Origin: Escherichia coli
GTDB taxonomy: Bacteria; Pseudomonadota; Gammaproteobacteria; Enterobacterales; Enterobacteriaceae
Strand: one strand, 5' to 3'
Assembly (NCBI RefSeq): GCF_024502345.1
Contig: NZ_JALDNN010000001.1
Length of the DNA: 64,000 bases
The notes under the pieces were generated by a model, which worked only from the letters and a program-made list of their open reading frames with translations, searched no databases and had not been told where the DNA came from. Below are positions 8,695 to 19,746 of the stretch, piece after piece (within the stretch, counting starts at the first letter, position 1; each line of letters begins with the position of its first letter). The translations under genes and the position numbers were made by a program.

Positions 8695-9091
8695 AAGAGT
8701 TCCTGTTAGCTGTATTGTTTGATTTTCTTATTATGAACTTTTTGCCTTGTTGATGGCTTGTCTGGTCGCAAAGTCCTGGCTTGCACGCTTTAGCGAAAGG
8801 TGCCATGATTGCGCGAATTTTCTCCTCTCTGTACGGAGTTTGCCCGATGCACGCCATCTCCTTACATTCTCTCGCTTATCGCCGTTTCGCGCGAAACGTT
8901 TCCCTTTCTATGTTACTGCTCATGCGGTGAAGTTAACGCACGCTCACTGCAGGACAACAGTAAAATCAGAGCGTTTCTGCTTTTACTGATGTCTGGCGGT
9001 CGGAGCTGGTGACCAGTTTGACCCATATCTCATGGGGCAGGGTTTTCCACCTTGTCCGGTATTCTTACTTCCCCGAAACGGGTTTGCGCTT

Positions 9092-11227
9092 ATGAAATCA
9101 ATGAATATTGCCGCCAGTAGTGAACTGGTATCCCGACTTTCTTCTCATCGTCGCGTGGTGGCGTTGGGAGATACTGATTTTACGGACGTCGCGGCAGTCG
9201 TCATTACCGCTGCGGATAGTCGCAGTGGCATTCTTGCGTTGCTTAAGCGCACCGGTTTTCATCTACCGGTGTTTTTGTATTCCGAACATGCTGTTGAATT
9301 ACCTGCGGGCGTTACGGCGGTAATCAACGGCAACGAGCAGCAGTGGCTGGAGCTGGAATCCGCAGCCTGTCAGTATGAAGAGAATTTGCTGCCACCGTTT
9401 TATGACACGCTGACGCAGTACGTTGAGATGGGCAACAGCACCTTTGCTTGCCCTGGACATCAACATGGTGCGTTTTTTAAAAAGCATCCTGCCGGACGCC
9501 ATTTTTACGATTTCTTTGGTGAGAACGTCTTTCGCGCCGATATGTGTAACGCTGACGTAAAATTGGGCGATCTGCTTATTCATGAAGGATCGGCGAAAGA
9601 TGCGCAGAAATTCGCAGCCAAAGTCTTTCATGCCGATAAAACCTATTTTGTCCTGAACGGCACATCGGCAGCGAATAAAGTGGTGACGAATGCGCTGTTA
9701 ACGCGTGGCGATCTGGTGCTCTTCGACCGTAACAACCATAAGTCGAATCATCACGGCGCGCTGATTCAGGCGGGGGCGACGCCGGTCTATCTGGAAGCTT
9801 CACGCAACCCGTTTGGTTTCATTGGCGGTATTGATGCGCACTGTTTTAATGAAGAGTATCTGCGCCAGCAAATTCGCGACGTTGCGCCAGAAAAAGCCGA
9901 GCTGCCGCGCCCGTTTCGCCTGGCGATTATTCAGCTGGGAACCTATGACGGAACTGTCTATAACGCCCGTCAGGTGATCGATACCGTTGGGCATCTGTGT
10001 GATTACATTCTGTTTGATTCCGCGTGGGTCGGTTACGAACAGTTTATCCCGATGATGGCGGATAGCTCGCCGCTGCTATTAGAACTTAACGAAAACGATC
10101 CGGGGATCTTTGTGACTCAGTCGGTGCACAAACAGCAGGCGGGATTCTCACAGACGTCGCAGATCCATAAAAAAGATAACCATATCCGCGGACAGGCGCG
10201 TTTTTGCCCGCATAAGCGGTTGAATAACGCCTTTATGCTCCATGCTTCTACCAGCCCTTTCTATCCGCTGTTTGCTGCACTGGATGTTAACGCCAAAATT
10301 CATGAAGGGGAGAGTGGGCGTCGGCTGTGGGCTGAGTGCGTTGAGTTGGGTATTGAGTCGCGCAAGGCTATTCTTGCGCGCTGTAAGCTGTTCCGCCCGT
10401 TTATCCCGCCCGTTGTTGATGGCAAATTGTGGCAGGATTATCCGACATCTGTGTTAGCCAGCGACCGCCGTTTTTTCAGTTTTGAGCCGGGGGCGAAGTG
10501 GCACGGCTTTGAAGGATATGCCGCGGATCAGTATTTTGTTGATCCGTGCAAGCTGTTACTCACTACACCAGGTATCAATGCCGAAACCGGCGAATATAGC
10601 GACTTTGGCGTTCCGGCGACGATTCTGGCGCACTATCTGCGTGAGAACGGCATTGTGCCGGAGAAGTGCGATCTCAACTCCATTCTGTTCTTATTAACTC
10701 CGGCGGAAAGCCACGAGAAGCTGGCACAACTGGTAGCGATGTTGGCGCAGTTTGAACAGCATATTGAGGATGACTCGCCGCTGGCTGAGGTGTTGCCGAG
10801 CGTTTATAACAAATATCCGGTGCGCTATCGCGACTACACCCTGCGCCAGTTGTGTCAGGAGATGCACGATCTGTATGTCAGTTTCGACGTCAAAGACCTA
10901 CAAAAAGCGATGTTCCGCCAGCAGAGTTTCCCGTCAGTGGTGATGAACCCCCAGGATGCGCATAGCGCTTATATTCGCGGTGAAGTGGAGTTGGTGCGGA
11001 TTCGTGATGCCGAAGGGCGAATTGCGGCAGAAGGGGCGTTGCCTTATCCACCTGGCGTGCTTTGCGTGGTACCCGGGGAAGTCTGGGGTGGGGCGGTTCA
11101 ACGTTATTTCCTTGCACTGGAAGAAGGGGTGAATTTGTTGCCGGGATTTTCGCCGGAGCTGCAAGGTGTTTATAGCGAAACCGATGCGGATGGCATGAAA
11201 CGGTTGTACGGTTATGTGTTGAAGTAA
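9092..11227 (+). CDS. speC: ornithine decarboxylase, constitutive (711 aa)
   Basis: Start MKSMNIAASSELVSRL at internal Met of ORF 9032..11227; length matches. Confidence 0.9.
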   Translation: MKSMNIAASSELVSRLSSHRRVVALGDTDFTDVAAVVITAADSRSGILALLKRTGFHLPVFLYSEHAVELPAGVTAVINGNEQQWLELESAACQYEENLLPPFYDTLTQYVEMGNSTFACPGHQHGAFFKKHPAGRHFYDFFGENVFRADMCNADVKLGDLLIHEGSAKDAQKFAAKVFHADKTYFVLNGTSAANKVVTNALLTRGDLVLFDRNNHKSNHHGALIQAGATPVYLEASRNPFGFIGGIDAHCFNEEYLRQQIRDVAPEKAELPRPFRLAIIQLGTYDGTVYNARQVIDTVGHLCDYILFDSAWVGYEQFIPMMADSSPLLLELNENDPGIFVTQSVHKQQAGFSQTSQIHKKDNHIRGQARFCPHKRLNNAFMLHASTSPFYPLFAALDVNAKIHEGESGRRLWAECVELGIESRKAILARCKLFRPFIPPVVDGKLWQDYPTSVLASDRRFFSFEPGAKWHGFEGYAADQYFVDPCKLLLTTPGINAETGEYSDFGVPATILAHYLRENGIVPEKCDLNSILFLLTPAESHEKLAQLVAMLAQFEQHIEDDSPLAEVLPSVYNKYPVRYRDYTLRQLCQEMHDLYVSFDVKDLQKAMFRQQSFPSVVMNPQDAHSAYIRGEVELVRIRDAEGRIAAEGALPYPPGVLCVVPGEVWGGAVQRYFLALEEGVNLLPGFSPELQGVYSETDADGMKRLYGYVLK

Positions 11228-11231
11228 GAAT

Positions 11232-11268
11232 AAAAAAAACGGGTCGCCTTCTGGCGACCCGTTTTTCT
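11232..11268. terminator. bidirectional intrinsic terminator between speC and nupG
   Basis: A-run, stem acgggtcgcc/ggcgacccgt, T-run. Confidence 0.7.
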
Positions 11269-11276
11269 TTGCGTAA

Positions 11277-12533
11277 TTAGTGGCTAACCGTCTGTGTGCC
11301 TGTCGGGACACGAACGTGTTTATATTTGAACATCGCCATGAACGCGAAGGCCAGAACCACGGAGTAACCAGCGAAAATCAACCATACGGTCTGCCAGTCG
11401 GTAATGCCGTTTTGGGTGTACATCTCAACAACTTTACCGCTCACGATGCCGCCGAGGATACAGCCGAAGCCGTTAGTCATCATCAGGAACATCCCTTGTG
11501 CACTGGCGCGAATTGCCGGGCTAACTTCTTTTTCGACAAACACCGAACCAGAGATGTTGAAGAAGTCGAATGCGCAACCGTAAACGATCATCGACAGTAC
11601 CAGCAGTACAGTACCGAACGGAGTCGGGTCGCCGTAAGCAAACAGCGCAAAACGCAGGATCCACGCCACAATACTGATCATCATTACGTTCTTAATACCG
11701 TAGCGGCTTAAGAAGAACGGGATGGTCAGAATGAACAGGGTTTCAGAGATCTGCGAAATCGACATGATGATTGACGCATGCTGCACAATAAAGCTGCTGG
11801 CAAACATCGGATCTTTGTCGAAGCTGTGCAGGAAGGTATTACCGAACATGTTGGTAATCTGCAGTTCCGCGCCCAGCAGCATTGAGAAGATAAAGAAGAT
11901 TGCCATACGCTTGTTTTTAAACAGCGCGAATGCATCGAGGCCCAGCAGGGTTGTCCAGCTCTGATTCGCTTGCTGTTTAGCAACCGGAATATGCGGCAGA
12001 GTCAGGGTAAACAGAACCAGAATGGCGGAAAGTGCTGCGCCAATATACAGCTGCATGTGGCTTAATTCGAAGCCAGACAGGCTCACCACCCACATTGCCA
12101 TGATAAAGCCGATGGTGCCCCAGATACGGATTGGCGGGAAGTCAGTAACGATATCCATCCCGGCATTTTGCAGGCGATAGTAAGAGATGGTGTTGATTAA
12201 CCCAAGCGTTGGCATATAAGCAAACGAGTTAATCAATATCACAAGGAACATCGCCTCCGGTGTCGTGACCTGTGCCGCCATGAACAGCGTGATAGCGCCA
12301 ATGGTGTGGCAAATGGCATATACCCATTTCGCACTTAACCATTTGTCGGCCACAATCCCCAGCAGCGCAGGCATAAAGACCGCTGCGATACCCAGTGAGC
12401 TATAAACTGCGCCAATAGAAGCACCGTCAAACTTCAGGGTAACAAACATATAGGAGCCGAGGGTCGTCAGCCAACTTCCCCACAGACAGAACTGCAGAAA
12501 AGAGAGGATTTTCAGCTGCAGCTTAAGATTCAT
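11277..12533 (-). CDS. nupG: nucleoside:H+ symporter (418 aa)
   Basis: Start MNLKLQLKILSFLQF at internal Met; length matches. Confidence 0.9.
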   Translation of the reverse strand: MNLKLQLKILSFLQFCLWGSWLTTLGSYMFVTLKFDGASIGAVYSSLGIAAVFMPALLGIVADKWLSAKWVYAICHTIGAITLFMAAQVTTPEAMFLVILINSFAYMPTLGLINTISYYRLQNAGMDIVTDFPPIRIWGTIGFIMAMWVVSLSGFELSHMQLYIGAALSAILVLFTLTLPHIPVAKQQANQSWTTLLGLDAFALFKNKRMAIFFIFSMLLGAELQITNMFGNTFLHSFDKDPMFASSFIVQHASIIMSISQISETLFILTIPFFLSRYGIKNVMMISIVAWILRFALFAYGDPTPFGTVLLVLSMIVYGCAFDFFNISGSVFVEKEVSPAIRASAQGMFLMMTNGFGCILGGIVSGKVVEMYTQNGITDWQTVWLIFAGYSVVLAFAFMAMFKYKHVRVPTGTQTVSH

Positions 12534-12734
12534 GTTAATTTCCTCACATCGTGATGCGGATGAGTGTTTGAAAAAGCACATTTGACCGTGCGAGATGATG
12601 GGATTCTATCAACTTCGCGGACTGGTTTTTTGTTACCTGTGGCAAATAATTGCAAACATTCCCAATTTGCAAAACGAAATTGTGATGTGGATAACATTTT
12701 TGCCCCTGAGTATCGTCAGGGGCGGTTAATGGAA

Positions 12735-13814
12735 TTATCGGCGGCGGTAGGATTTTTGCGCGGTATTCACTTTATAAAGATAACGGCGAGATTCCGCAGA
12801 GGGATGGCGGGTCGTCAGCGTCTGATAAACATCGCCCGGCGTCATGGTGTTAATAATATTGGCAGCCTGAATCTTATCATTCGAAAAGACTCGCAGCACG
12901 CTGCCTGCGCCGCCGTTATAGGCGGTGATGACGGCATAACGCCGCGATGTTGGGTTATCAATTCCGCCGAGATAAACATTGTTCAGCATCGCCAGATACG
13001 CGGTGCCGGTATCAATATTGCTGGCAGGATCAAACAAGAAACTGCGGCTCGGCGTGCCGGATTTCCCCTGCGAGCGGAACACATCTTTCCCGGCAGTATG
13101 TTGTACCACCTGCATTAATCCCAGCGCATCGGAACGGCTGACCGCATACGGGTTAAAGGAAGATTCGGTCTGCATAATTGCCAGAATCAGCGACTCATCA
13201 ACGCCATATTTCCGTGACGCCTGGCGGACCATGCCGAGATATTTGTGCGCACGTTTATCAAGGTGGTTCGGTACCATGTTAATGGTGACGCTGTAGATGA
13301 TACGCAGCCCGTTACTGCGGCTTTGCAGACGGTTTTTCAGCAGATAATCCGCGAAGTTGCTTGCGCGACCTTCCCAGCGAATCGGCTGCCCGGTGTTGTC
13401 CACCACCTGACCGTAAAGGAAAGGTTCTTTCGAACTCGTAATATCATCAACGTCGGAATAGAGATCGACCGAACTCGGATCGTCACCCATCAGCAACGTT
13501 TTGATAATTGCCCGGCGCAAATGCGCGGCAGGTTCTGTCCCGGCGATAGTTTCGATAGTAATCGTACCGTCATCGAAGTTGATGTGGCTGCGGGTCTGAT
13601 ATTGATCGGTGTATTTCACGTAGTCCTTAGGACCGGCGATCACCACCTCTTTGAATCCCCAGATGTTCTCAATATTGTGGGCAAATTGCCCCATCAGAAT
13701 ATCAAAACCGTTGGTATCTTTGACCCAGGCTTCGTTATAGGTATCGCCTTTTTTGGTCGTCGAACAGGAGATGAGCAACGGCGCAATCAAAGCCAGCGCG
13801 AGATATTTTTTCAT
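12735..13814 (-). CDS. mltC: membrane-bound lytic murein transglycosylase C (359 aa)
   Basis: Lipoprotein signal [18 protein letters not shown]; length and synteny. Confidence 0.9.
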   Translation of the reverse strand: MKKYLALALIAPLLISCSTTKKGDTYNEAWVKDTNGFDILMGQFAHNIENIWGFKEVVIAGPKDYVKYTDQYQTRSHINFDDGTITIETIAGTEPAAHLRRAIIKTLLMGDDPSSVDLYSDVDDITSSKEPFLYGQVVDNTGQPIRWEGRASNFADYLLKNRLQSRSNGLRIIYSVTINMVPNHLDKRAHKYLGMVRQASRKYGVDESLILAIMQTESSFNPYAVSRSDALGLMQVVQHTAGKDVFRSQGKSGTPSRSFLFDPASNIDTGTAYLAMLNNVYLGGIDNPTSRRYAVITAYNGGAGSVLRVFSNDKIQAANIINTMTPGDVYQTLTTRHPSAESRRYLYKVNTAQKSYRRR

Positions 13815-13878
13815 CATTCCGGGTGCGTGTTGTGTTTGTTTTTATGCAAGTTGCCGGAGGCGTGCTCCGGCACTGTTT

Positions 13879-14157
<279 letters not shown>

Positions 14158-14181
14158 TCATCCTCTTTATCGACTCACGCG

Positions 14182-15234
14182 CTAAACCGGCGCGCCAGTG
14201 CGTAACTGCTGTAACAAACGCTCCACGGGAGCCGCCAGGCCAACTGACGGCGGTTGCGCTAAGTTATACCAGAGCGCATTGCCTTCATCCATGCAGCCGG
14301 TGAATGACGACACGGGAAGCCACATAGGCACAATATCTAAGTGGAAATGGCTGAAGGTATGCCGAAACGCGGTCAGTTGCGTCAGGTTATCGGCAGCAAT
14401 CTGCCGTTGCGCCAGCCACTGCCGCAAACTTTCTTCGTCGGCAAACTGCGGGAAACAGTATAAACCGCCCCACAATCCGCTCGGCGGACGCTGCGCCAGC
14501 AATACTTCATCTTCGTGCTGTAATAGCAAAAAGTAGCCGGTGCGCTCCGGCAGCGTCTGTTTCGGTTTTTTGCCCGGATAAAGCGCCCAGCTATTGTTGG
14601 CGGCGGCAATACATCCGTTTTGTAGCGGACAGAGCGAACATTTCGGTTTCGAGCGCGTACAAATCATCGCGCCCAAATCCATCATCGCCTGATTAAACCG
14701 TTCCACGCCGACCGCGGGCGTCACCTGCTCGCTCAAACTCCATAATTTATTCTCGACCTCTTTTTTCCCAGGCCAGCCGCTTACAGCATAGCAGCGCGCC
14801 AGCACGCGTTTGACGTTACCGTCGAGAATCGGAAAGTGCTTACCCAGAGAAAGCGAGAGAATCGCGCCTGCGGTGGAACGCCCGACGCCCGGTAACGCCG
14901 CGACTTCTTCAAAGGTTTCCGGGAATTTACCGCCGTGTAAGGTCGCCACTTGTTGTGCCGCTTTATGCAGATTGCGCGCGCGGGCGTAATAGCCAAGCCC
15001 GGTCCACAAGTGGAGAACTTCGTCCAGCGGCGCATTGGCGAGATCGGTCACCGTCGGGAAGCGCGCCATAAAGCGTTCAAAATAGGGGATAACGGTCGCA
15101 ACCTGAGTTTGTTGCAACATCACTTCTGAGAGCCATACTTTGTAGGGCGTCTTGTCAATTTGCCAGGGTAGAGTTTTTCGCCCGTATTTATCGTACCAGT
15201 CCAGAACCTGGGCTGAAAATTGCGACGCTTGCAT
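14182..15234 (-). CDS. mutY: adenine DNA glycosylase (350 aa)
   Basis: Start [14 protein letters not shown]; Fe-S cysteine cluster [17 protein letters not shown]. Confidence 0.9.
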   Translation of the reverse strand: MQASQFSAQVLDWYDKYGRKTLPWQIDKTPYKVWLSEVMLQQTQVATVIPYFERFMARFPTVTDLANAPLDEVLHLWTGLGYYARARNLHKAAQQVATLHGGKFPETFEEVAALPGVGRSTAGAILSLSLGKHFPILDGNVKRVLARCYAVSGWPGKKEVENKLWSLSEQVTPAVGVERFNQAMMDLGAMICTRSKPKCSLCPLQNGCIAAANNSWALYPGKKPKQTLPERTGYFLLLQHEDEVLLAQRPPSGLWGGLYCFPQFADEESLRQWLAQRQIAADNLTQLTAFRHTFSHFHLDIVPMWLPVSSFTGCMDEGNALWYNLAQPPSVGLAAPVERLLQQLRTGAPV

Positions 15235-15394
15235 GGTCACCGAATTCACTGTTGTTGGGGGCAAGATTGCAGCACAGCGACGGCAGGGTGTAAACCGGAA
15301 CTTTCCGCAGCCACGGCCTTATCATGCTTGCATCCGGCAACTAACTTTGGATAATGCCCGTTTTCAGAACACTTTCACAAGCGACTAAACCTTT

Positions 15395-16114
15395 ATGAAA
15401 AACGACGTCATTTCACCGGAATTTGATGAAAACGGCCGCCCACTGCGCCGTATCCGTAGTTTTGTGCGCCGCCAGGGGCGACTGACCAAAGGCCAGGAAC
15501 ATGCGCTGGAAAACTACTGGCCGGTGATGGGCGTTGAGTTCAGCGAAGATATGCTGGATTTCCCCGCGCTTTTTGGCCGTGAAGCGCCGGTGACGCTTGA
15601 GATTGGTTTTGGCATGGGGGCGTCGCTGGTGGCAATGGCTAAAGATCGCCCTGAGCAGGACTTCCTCGGCATTGAAGTGCATTCACCGGGCGTTGGTGCG
15701 TGCCTAGCTTCTGCGCATGAAGAAGGTTTAAGCAACCTGCGCGTGATGTGTCACGATGCGGTTGAAGTGCTGCATAAAATGATTCCTGACAATTCATTGC
15801 GCATGGTGCAGCTCTTTTTCCCTGACCCGTGGCACAAAGCGCGCCATAATAAACGCCGTATCGTTCAGGTGCCGTTTGCCGAACTGGTAAAAAGCAAACT
15901 GCAGCTGGGGGGCGTATTCCATATGGCGACCGACTGGGAACCTTATGCGGAACATATGCTTGAAGTGATGTCTTCTATTGACGGTTATAAAAACCTGTCA
16001 GAGAGCAATGATTACGTACCGCGTCCGGCATCACGTCCGGTGACGAAATTTGAACAACGTGGTCATCGTCTTGGTCACGGAGTATGGGACTTAATGTTCG
16101 AGAGGGTGAAATAA
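15395..16114 (+). CDS. trmB: tRNA (guanine46-N7)-methyltransferase (239 aa)
   Basis: Length and synteny divergent from mutY. Confidence 0.85.
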   Translation: MKNDVISPEFDENGRPLRRIRSFVRRQGRLTKGQEHALENYWPVMGVEFSEDMLDFPALFGREAPVTLEIGFGMGASLVAMAKDRPEQDFLGIEVHSPGVGACLASAHEEGLSNLRVMCHDAVEVLHKMIPDNSLRMVQLFFPDPWHKARHNKRRIVQVPFAELVKSKLQLGGVFHMATDWEPYAEHMLEVMSSIDGYKNLSESNDYVPRPASRPVTKFEQRGHRLGHGVWDLMFERVK

Positions 16115-16440
16115 TGGCAAAGAACCGTAGCCGTCGTCTGCGTAAAAAAATGCACATCGACGAATTCCAGGAATTAGGATTTTCGGTGGCATGGCGATTC
16201 CCGGAAGGTACATCGGAAGAACAGATTGATAAAACCGTTGATGATTTTATTAACGAGGTTATCGAACCGAACAAACTGGCCTTTGACGGCAGCGGTTATC
16301 TGGCCTGGGAAGGTCTGATCTGCATGCAGGAAATCGGCAAATGCACCGAAGAACATCAGGCGATTGTGCGTAAGTGGCTGGAAGAGCGCAAACTGGATGA
16401 GGTACGCACCAGCGAACTTTTCGACGTTTGGTGGGACTAA
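16114..16440 (+). CDS. yggL: DUF469 protein (108 aa)
   Basis: Start [18 protein letters not shown] at internal Met of ORF 16084..16440. Confidence 0.8.
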   Translation: MAKNRSRRLRKKMHIDEFQELGFSVAWRFPEGTSEEQIDKTVDDFINEVIEPNKLAFDGSGYLAWEGLICMQEIGKCTEEHQAIVRKWLEERKLDEVRTSELFDVWWD

Positions 16441-16464
16441 GAAAGCATACGGGCGATGACAAAT

Positions 16465-16555
16465 GCAAAACTGCCTGATGCGCTACGCTTATCAGGCCTG
16501 GAAAGATGCACGATCGAGTAGGCGGGATAAGGCGTTTACGCCGCATCCGGCATGG
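16465..16555. repeat. REP (BIME-type) element
   Basis: tgcctgatgcgctacgcttatcaggcct and ggataaggcgtttacgccgcatccgg palindromic units; the same unit recurs at 55212. Confidence 0.8.
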
Positions 16556-16623
16556 AAAACGCGTACTTTGTTATCAATCTGGGGCCAGCAAATGCTGGCC
16601 TGATTTGTTCTTGAGGGAAGACT

Positions 16624-17343
16624 ATGATGCGCAAAATGCTGCTGGCGGCAGCACTTTCAGTGACGGCAATTACCGCTCACGCCGACTACCAGTGCAGCGT
16701 CACGCCGCGTGACGATGTGATTGTCAGCCCGCAAACCGTGCAGGTGAAGGGCGAAAACGGCAATCTGGTGATCACGCCAGACGGCAACGTGATGTATAAC
16801 GGTAAGCAATATTCCCTGAATGCCGCCCAGCGCGAGCAGGCGAAGGATTATCAGGCTGAACTACGCAGCACGCTGCCGTGGATTGATGAAGGCGCGAAAA
16901 GCCGCGTCGAAAAAGCCCGTATTGCTCTGGATAAAATTATCGTTCAGGAGATGGGCGAAAGCAGCAAAATGCGCAGCCGTCTGACCAAACTTGATGCGCA
17001 GCTGAAAGAGCAGATGAACCGCATTATCGAAACGCGCAGCGATGGCCTGACGTTCCACTATAAAGCCATTGATCAGGTTCGCGCTGAAGGCCAGCAATTA
17101 GTGAATCAGGCAATGGGCGGAATTTTACAGGACAGCATTAATGAAATGGGCGCGAAAGCGGTGCTGAAAAGCGGCGGCAACCCATTACAGAATGTGCTGG
17201 GAAGTTTGGGCGGTCTGCAATCCTCAATCCAAACCGAGTGGAAAAAGCAGGAAAAAGATTTCCAGCAGTTTGGCAAAGATGTTTGTAGCCGCGTTGTGAC
17301 TCTGGAAGATAGCCGCAAAGCCCTGGTCGGGAATTTAAAATAA
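16624..17343 (+). CDS. yggN: DUF2884 periplasmic protein (239 aa)
   Basis: Signal peptide MMRKMLLAAALSVTAITAHA; synteny. Confidence 0.8.
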   Translation: MMRKMLLAAALSVTAITAHADYQCSVTPRDDVIVSPQTVQVKGENGNLVITPDGNVMYNGKQYSLNAAQREQAKDYQAELRSTLPWIDEGAKSRVEKARIALDKIIVQEMGESSKMRSRLTKLDAQLKEQMNRIIETRSDGLTFHYKAIDQVRAEGQQLVNQAMGGILQDSINEMGAKAVLKSGGNPLQNVLGSLGGLQSSIQTEWKKQEKDFQQFGKDVCSRVVTLEDSRKALVGNLK

Positions 17344-17518
17344 TCCTCTATTTTAAGACGGCATAATACTTTTTTATGCCGTTTAATTCTTCGTTTTGTT
17401 ACCTGCCTCTAACTTTGTAGATCTCCAAAATATATTCACGTTGTAAATTGTTTAACGTCAAATTTCCCATACAGAGCTAAGGGATAATGCGTAGCGTTCA
17501 CGTAACTGGAGGAATGAA

Positions 17519-18565
17519 ATGGAGTTTTTCAAAAAGACGGCACTTGCCGCACTGGTTATGGGTTTTAGTGGTGCAGCATTGGCATTACCCAATATCACCA
17601 TTTTAGCAACCGGCGGGACCATTGCCGGTGGTGGTGACTCCGCAACCAAATCTAACTACACAGCGGGTAAAGTTGGCGTAGAAAATCTGGTTAATGCGGT
17701 GCCGCAACTAAAAGACATTGCGAACGTTAAAGGCGAGCAGGTAGTGAATATCGGCTCCCAGGACATGAACGATAATGTCTGGCTGACACTGGCGAAAAAA
17801 ATTAACACCGACTGCGATAAAACCGACGGCTTCGTCATTACCCACGGTACCGACACGATGGAAGAAACCGCTTACTTCCTCGACCTGACGGTGAAATGCG
17901 ACAAACCGGTGGTGATGGTCGGCGCAATGCGCCCGTCCACGTCCATGAGCGCAGACGGTCCATTCAACCTGTATAACGCGGTAGTGACCGCAGCTGATAA
18001 AGCCTCCGCTAATCGTGGCGTGCTGGTGGTGATGAACGACACCGTACTGGACGGTCGCGATGTCACCAAAACCAACACCACCGACGTAGCGACCTTCAAG
18101 TCTGTTAACTACGGTCCTCTGGGATACATTCACAACGGTAAGATTGACTACCAACGTACCCCGGCACGTAAGCACACCAGCGATACGCCATTCGATGTCT
18201 CTAAGCTGAATGAGCTGCCGAAAGTCGGCATCGTTTATAACTACGCTAACGCATCCGATCTTCCGGCTAAAGCACTGGTAGATGCGGGCTATGATGGCAT
18301 CGTTAGCGCTGGTGTGGGTAATGGTAACCTGTATAAATCCGTGTTCGACACCCTGGCAACCGCCGCGAAAAACGGCACTGCAGTAGTGCGTTCTTCCCGC
18401 GTACCGACGGGTGCTACCACTCAGGATGCTGAAGTGGATGATGCGAAATACGGCTTCGTCGCCTCTGGCACGCTGAACCCGCAAAAAGCGCGCGTCCTGC
18501 TGCAGCTGGCTCTGACGCAAACCAAAGATCCGCAGCAGATCCAGCAGATCTTCAATCAGTACTAA
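17519..18565 (+). CDS. ansB: L-asparaginase II, periplasmic (348 aa)
   Basis: Signal peptide plus LPNITILATGGTIAGGGDS active-site region. Confidence 0.9.
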   Translation: MEFFKKTALAALVMGFSGAALALPNITILATGGTIAGGGDSATKSNYTAGKVGVENLVNAVPQLKDIANVKGEQVVNIGSQDMNDNVWLTLAKKINTDCDKTDGFVITHGTDTMEETAYFLDLTVKCDKPVVMVGAMRPSTSMSADGPFNLYNAVVTAADKASANRGVLVVMNDTVLDGRDVTKTNTTDVATFKSVNYGPLGYIHNGKIDYQRTPARKHTSDTPFDVSKLNELPKVGIVYNYANASDLPAKALVDAGYDGIVSAGVGNGNLYKSVFDTLATAAKNGTAVVRSSRVPTGATTQDAEVDDAKYGFVASGTLNPQKARVLLQLALTQTKDPQQIQQIFNQY

Positions 18566-18572
18566 TCACCTC

Positions 18573-18598
18573 GCCCCGGTATCGTGCCGGGGCTTTTT
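18573..18598 (+). terminator. intrinsic terminator of ansB
   Basis: gccccgg...ccggggc hairpin followed by TTTTT. Confidence 0.7.
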
Positions 18599-18681
18599 CA
18601 CTTCAGACTTACGTCCATTGCCAATTTTCATTACCCTAATGATAATCACCGGAATAAATTATTCCGCGTGAGGTTTTTCGG

Positions 18682-19689
18682 GTGAAAAAGCAATGGATTG
18701 TTGGCACGGCACTGCTTATGTTGATGACTGGTAATGCCTGGGCAGATGGCGAACCGCCAACTGAAAATATCTTAAAAGATCAATTCAAAAAGCAGTATCA
18801 CGGCATTCTCAAGCTTGATGCTATCACCTTAAAAAATCTTGATGCTAAGGGTAATCAGGCCACCTGGTCAGCGGAAGGCGATGTCACTTCCAGTGACGAT
18901 CTCTATACCTGGGTCGGTCAGTTGGCAGATTACGAACTGCTCGAACAGACCTGGACGAAAGATAAACCGGTAAAATTCTCGGCGATGTTAACCAGTAAAG
19001 GAACGCCCGCGTCTGGCTGGTCGGTGAACTTTTACTCTTTTCAGGCGGCAGCCAGCGATCGTGGGCGGGTGGTCGACGATATCAAAACGAATAATAAATA
19101 TCTGATCGTGAATAGCGAAGATTTCAATTATCGCTTTAGTCAGCTTGAATCTGCGTTGAATACCCAGAAGAACTCGATTCCTGCGCTGGAAAAGGAAGTG
19201 AAAGCGCTTGATAAGCAAATGGTGGCGGCGCAGAAAGCAGCGGATGCATATTGGGGAAAAGATGCAAACGGTAAGCAAATGACCCGCGAAGAAGCCTTTA
19301 AAAAAATTCACCAACAGCGTGATGAGTTTAATAAACAGAACGATAGCGAGGCGTTCGCGGTTAAATATGACAAAGAGGTTTATCAACCGGCGATTGCGGC
19401 ATGTCATAAACAGAGTGAAGAGTGTTATGAAGTGCCGATTCAGCAGAAACGAGATTTCGATATCAACGAACAACGGCGACAGACTTTTCTGCAATCACAA
19501 AAACTCAGCCGTAAATTGCAGGATGACTGGGTAACGCTTGAAAAAGGGCAATATCCGTTAACGATGAAAGTTTCAGAAATAAACAGTAAAAAAGTCGCGA
19601 TTTTGATGAAAATTGACGATATCAACCAGGCTAATGAACGCTGGAAAAAAGATACCGAACAACTGCGGCGCAATGGGGTGATTAAGTAA
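18682..19689 (+). CDS. yggM: DUF1202 periplasmic protein (335 aa)
   Basis: Signal peptide MKKQWIVGTALLMLMTGNAWA; synteny. Confidence 0.8.
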   Translation: MKKQWIVGTALLMLMTGNAWADGEPPTENILKDQFKKQYHGILKLDAITLKNLDAKGNQATWSAEGDVTSSDDLYTWVGQLADYELLEQTWTKDKPVKFSAMLTSKGTPASGWSVNFYSFQAAASDRGRVVDDIKTNNKYLIVNSEDFNYRFSQLESALNTQKNSIPALEKEVKALDKQMVAAQKAADAYWGKDANGKQMTREEAFKKIHQQRDEFNKQNDSEAFAVKYDKEVYQPAIAACHKQSEECYEVPIQQKRDFDINEQRRQTFLQSQKLSRKLQDDWVTLEKGQYPLTMKVSEINSKKVAILMKIDDINQANERWKKDTEQLRRNGVIK

Positions 19690-19705
19690 CTCATGTTAGG
19701 TACCT

Positions 19706-19746
19706 TTGCCGGATAATATAAAAAGTTATCCGGCAAATTATTTTTT
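19706..19746. terminator. bidirectional terminator between yggM and the TRAP permease gene
   Basis: ttgccggataa / ttatccggcaa stem, then T-run. Confidence 0.6.

Noticed and set aside
9032-9091. N-terminal extensions of speC and of many other ORF-track entries (nupG, mutY, tktA, epd, pgk, fbaA, loiP, ruvX and others)
   Set aside because: Starts were moved to the internal Met that gives the known protein length and N-terminus; the extensions are maximal-ORF artefacts.
12640-12700. CRP/CytR-like sites (tgtgatgtggataaca) in the nupG upstream region
   Set aside because: Half-site resemblance only; not a confident match to the TGTGA-N6-TCACA consensus.
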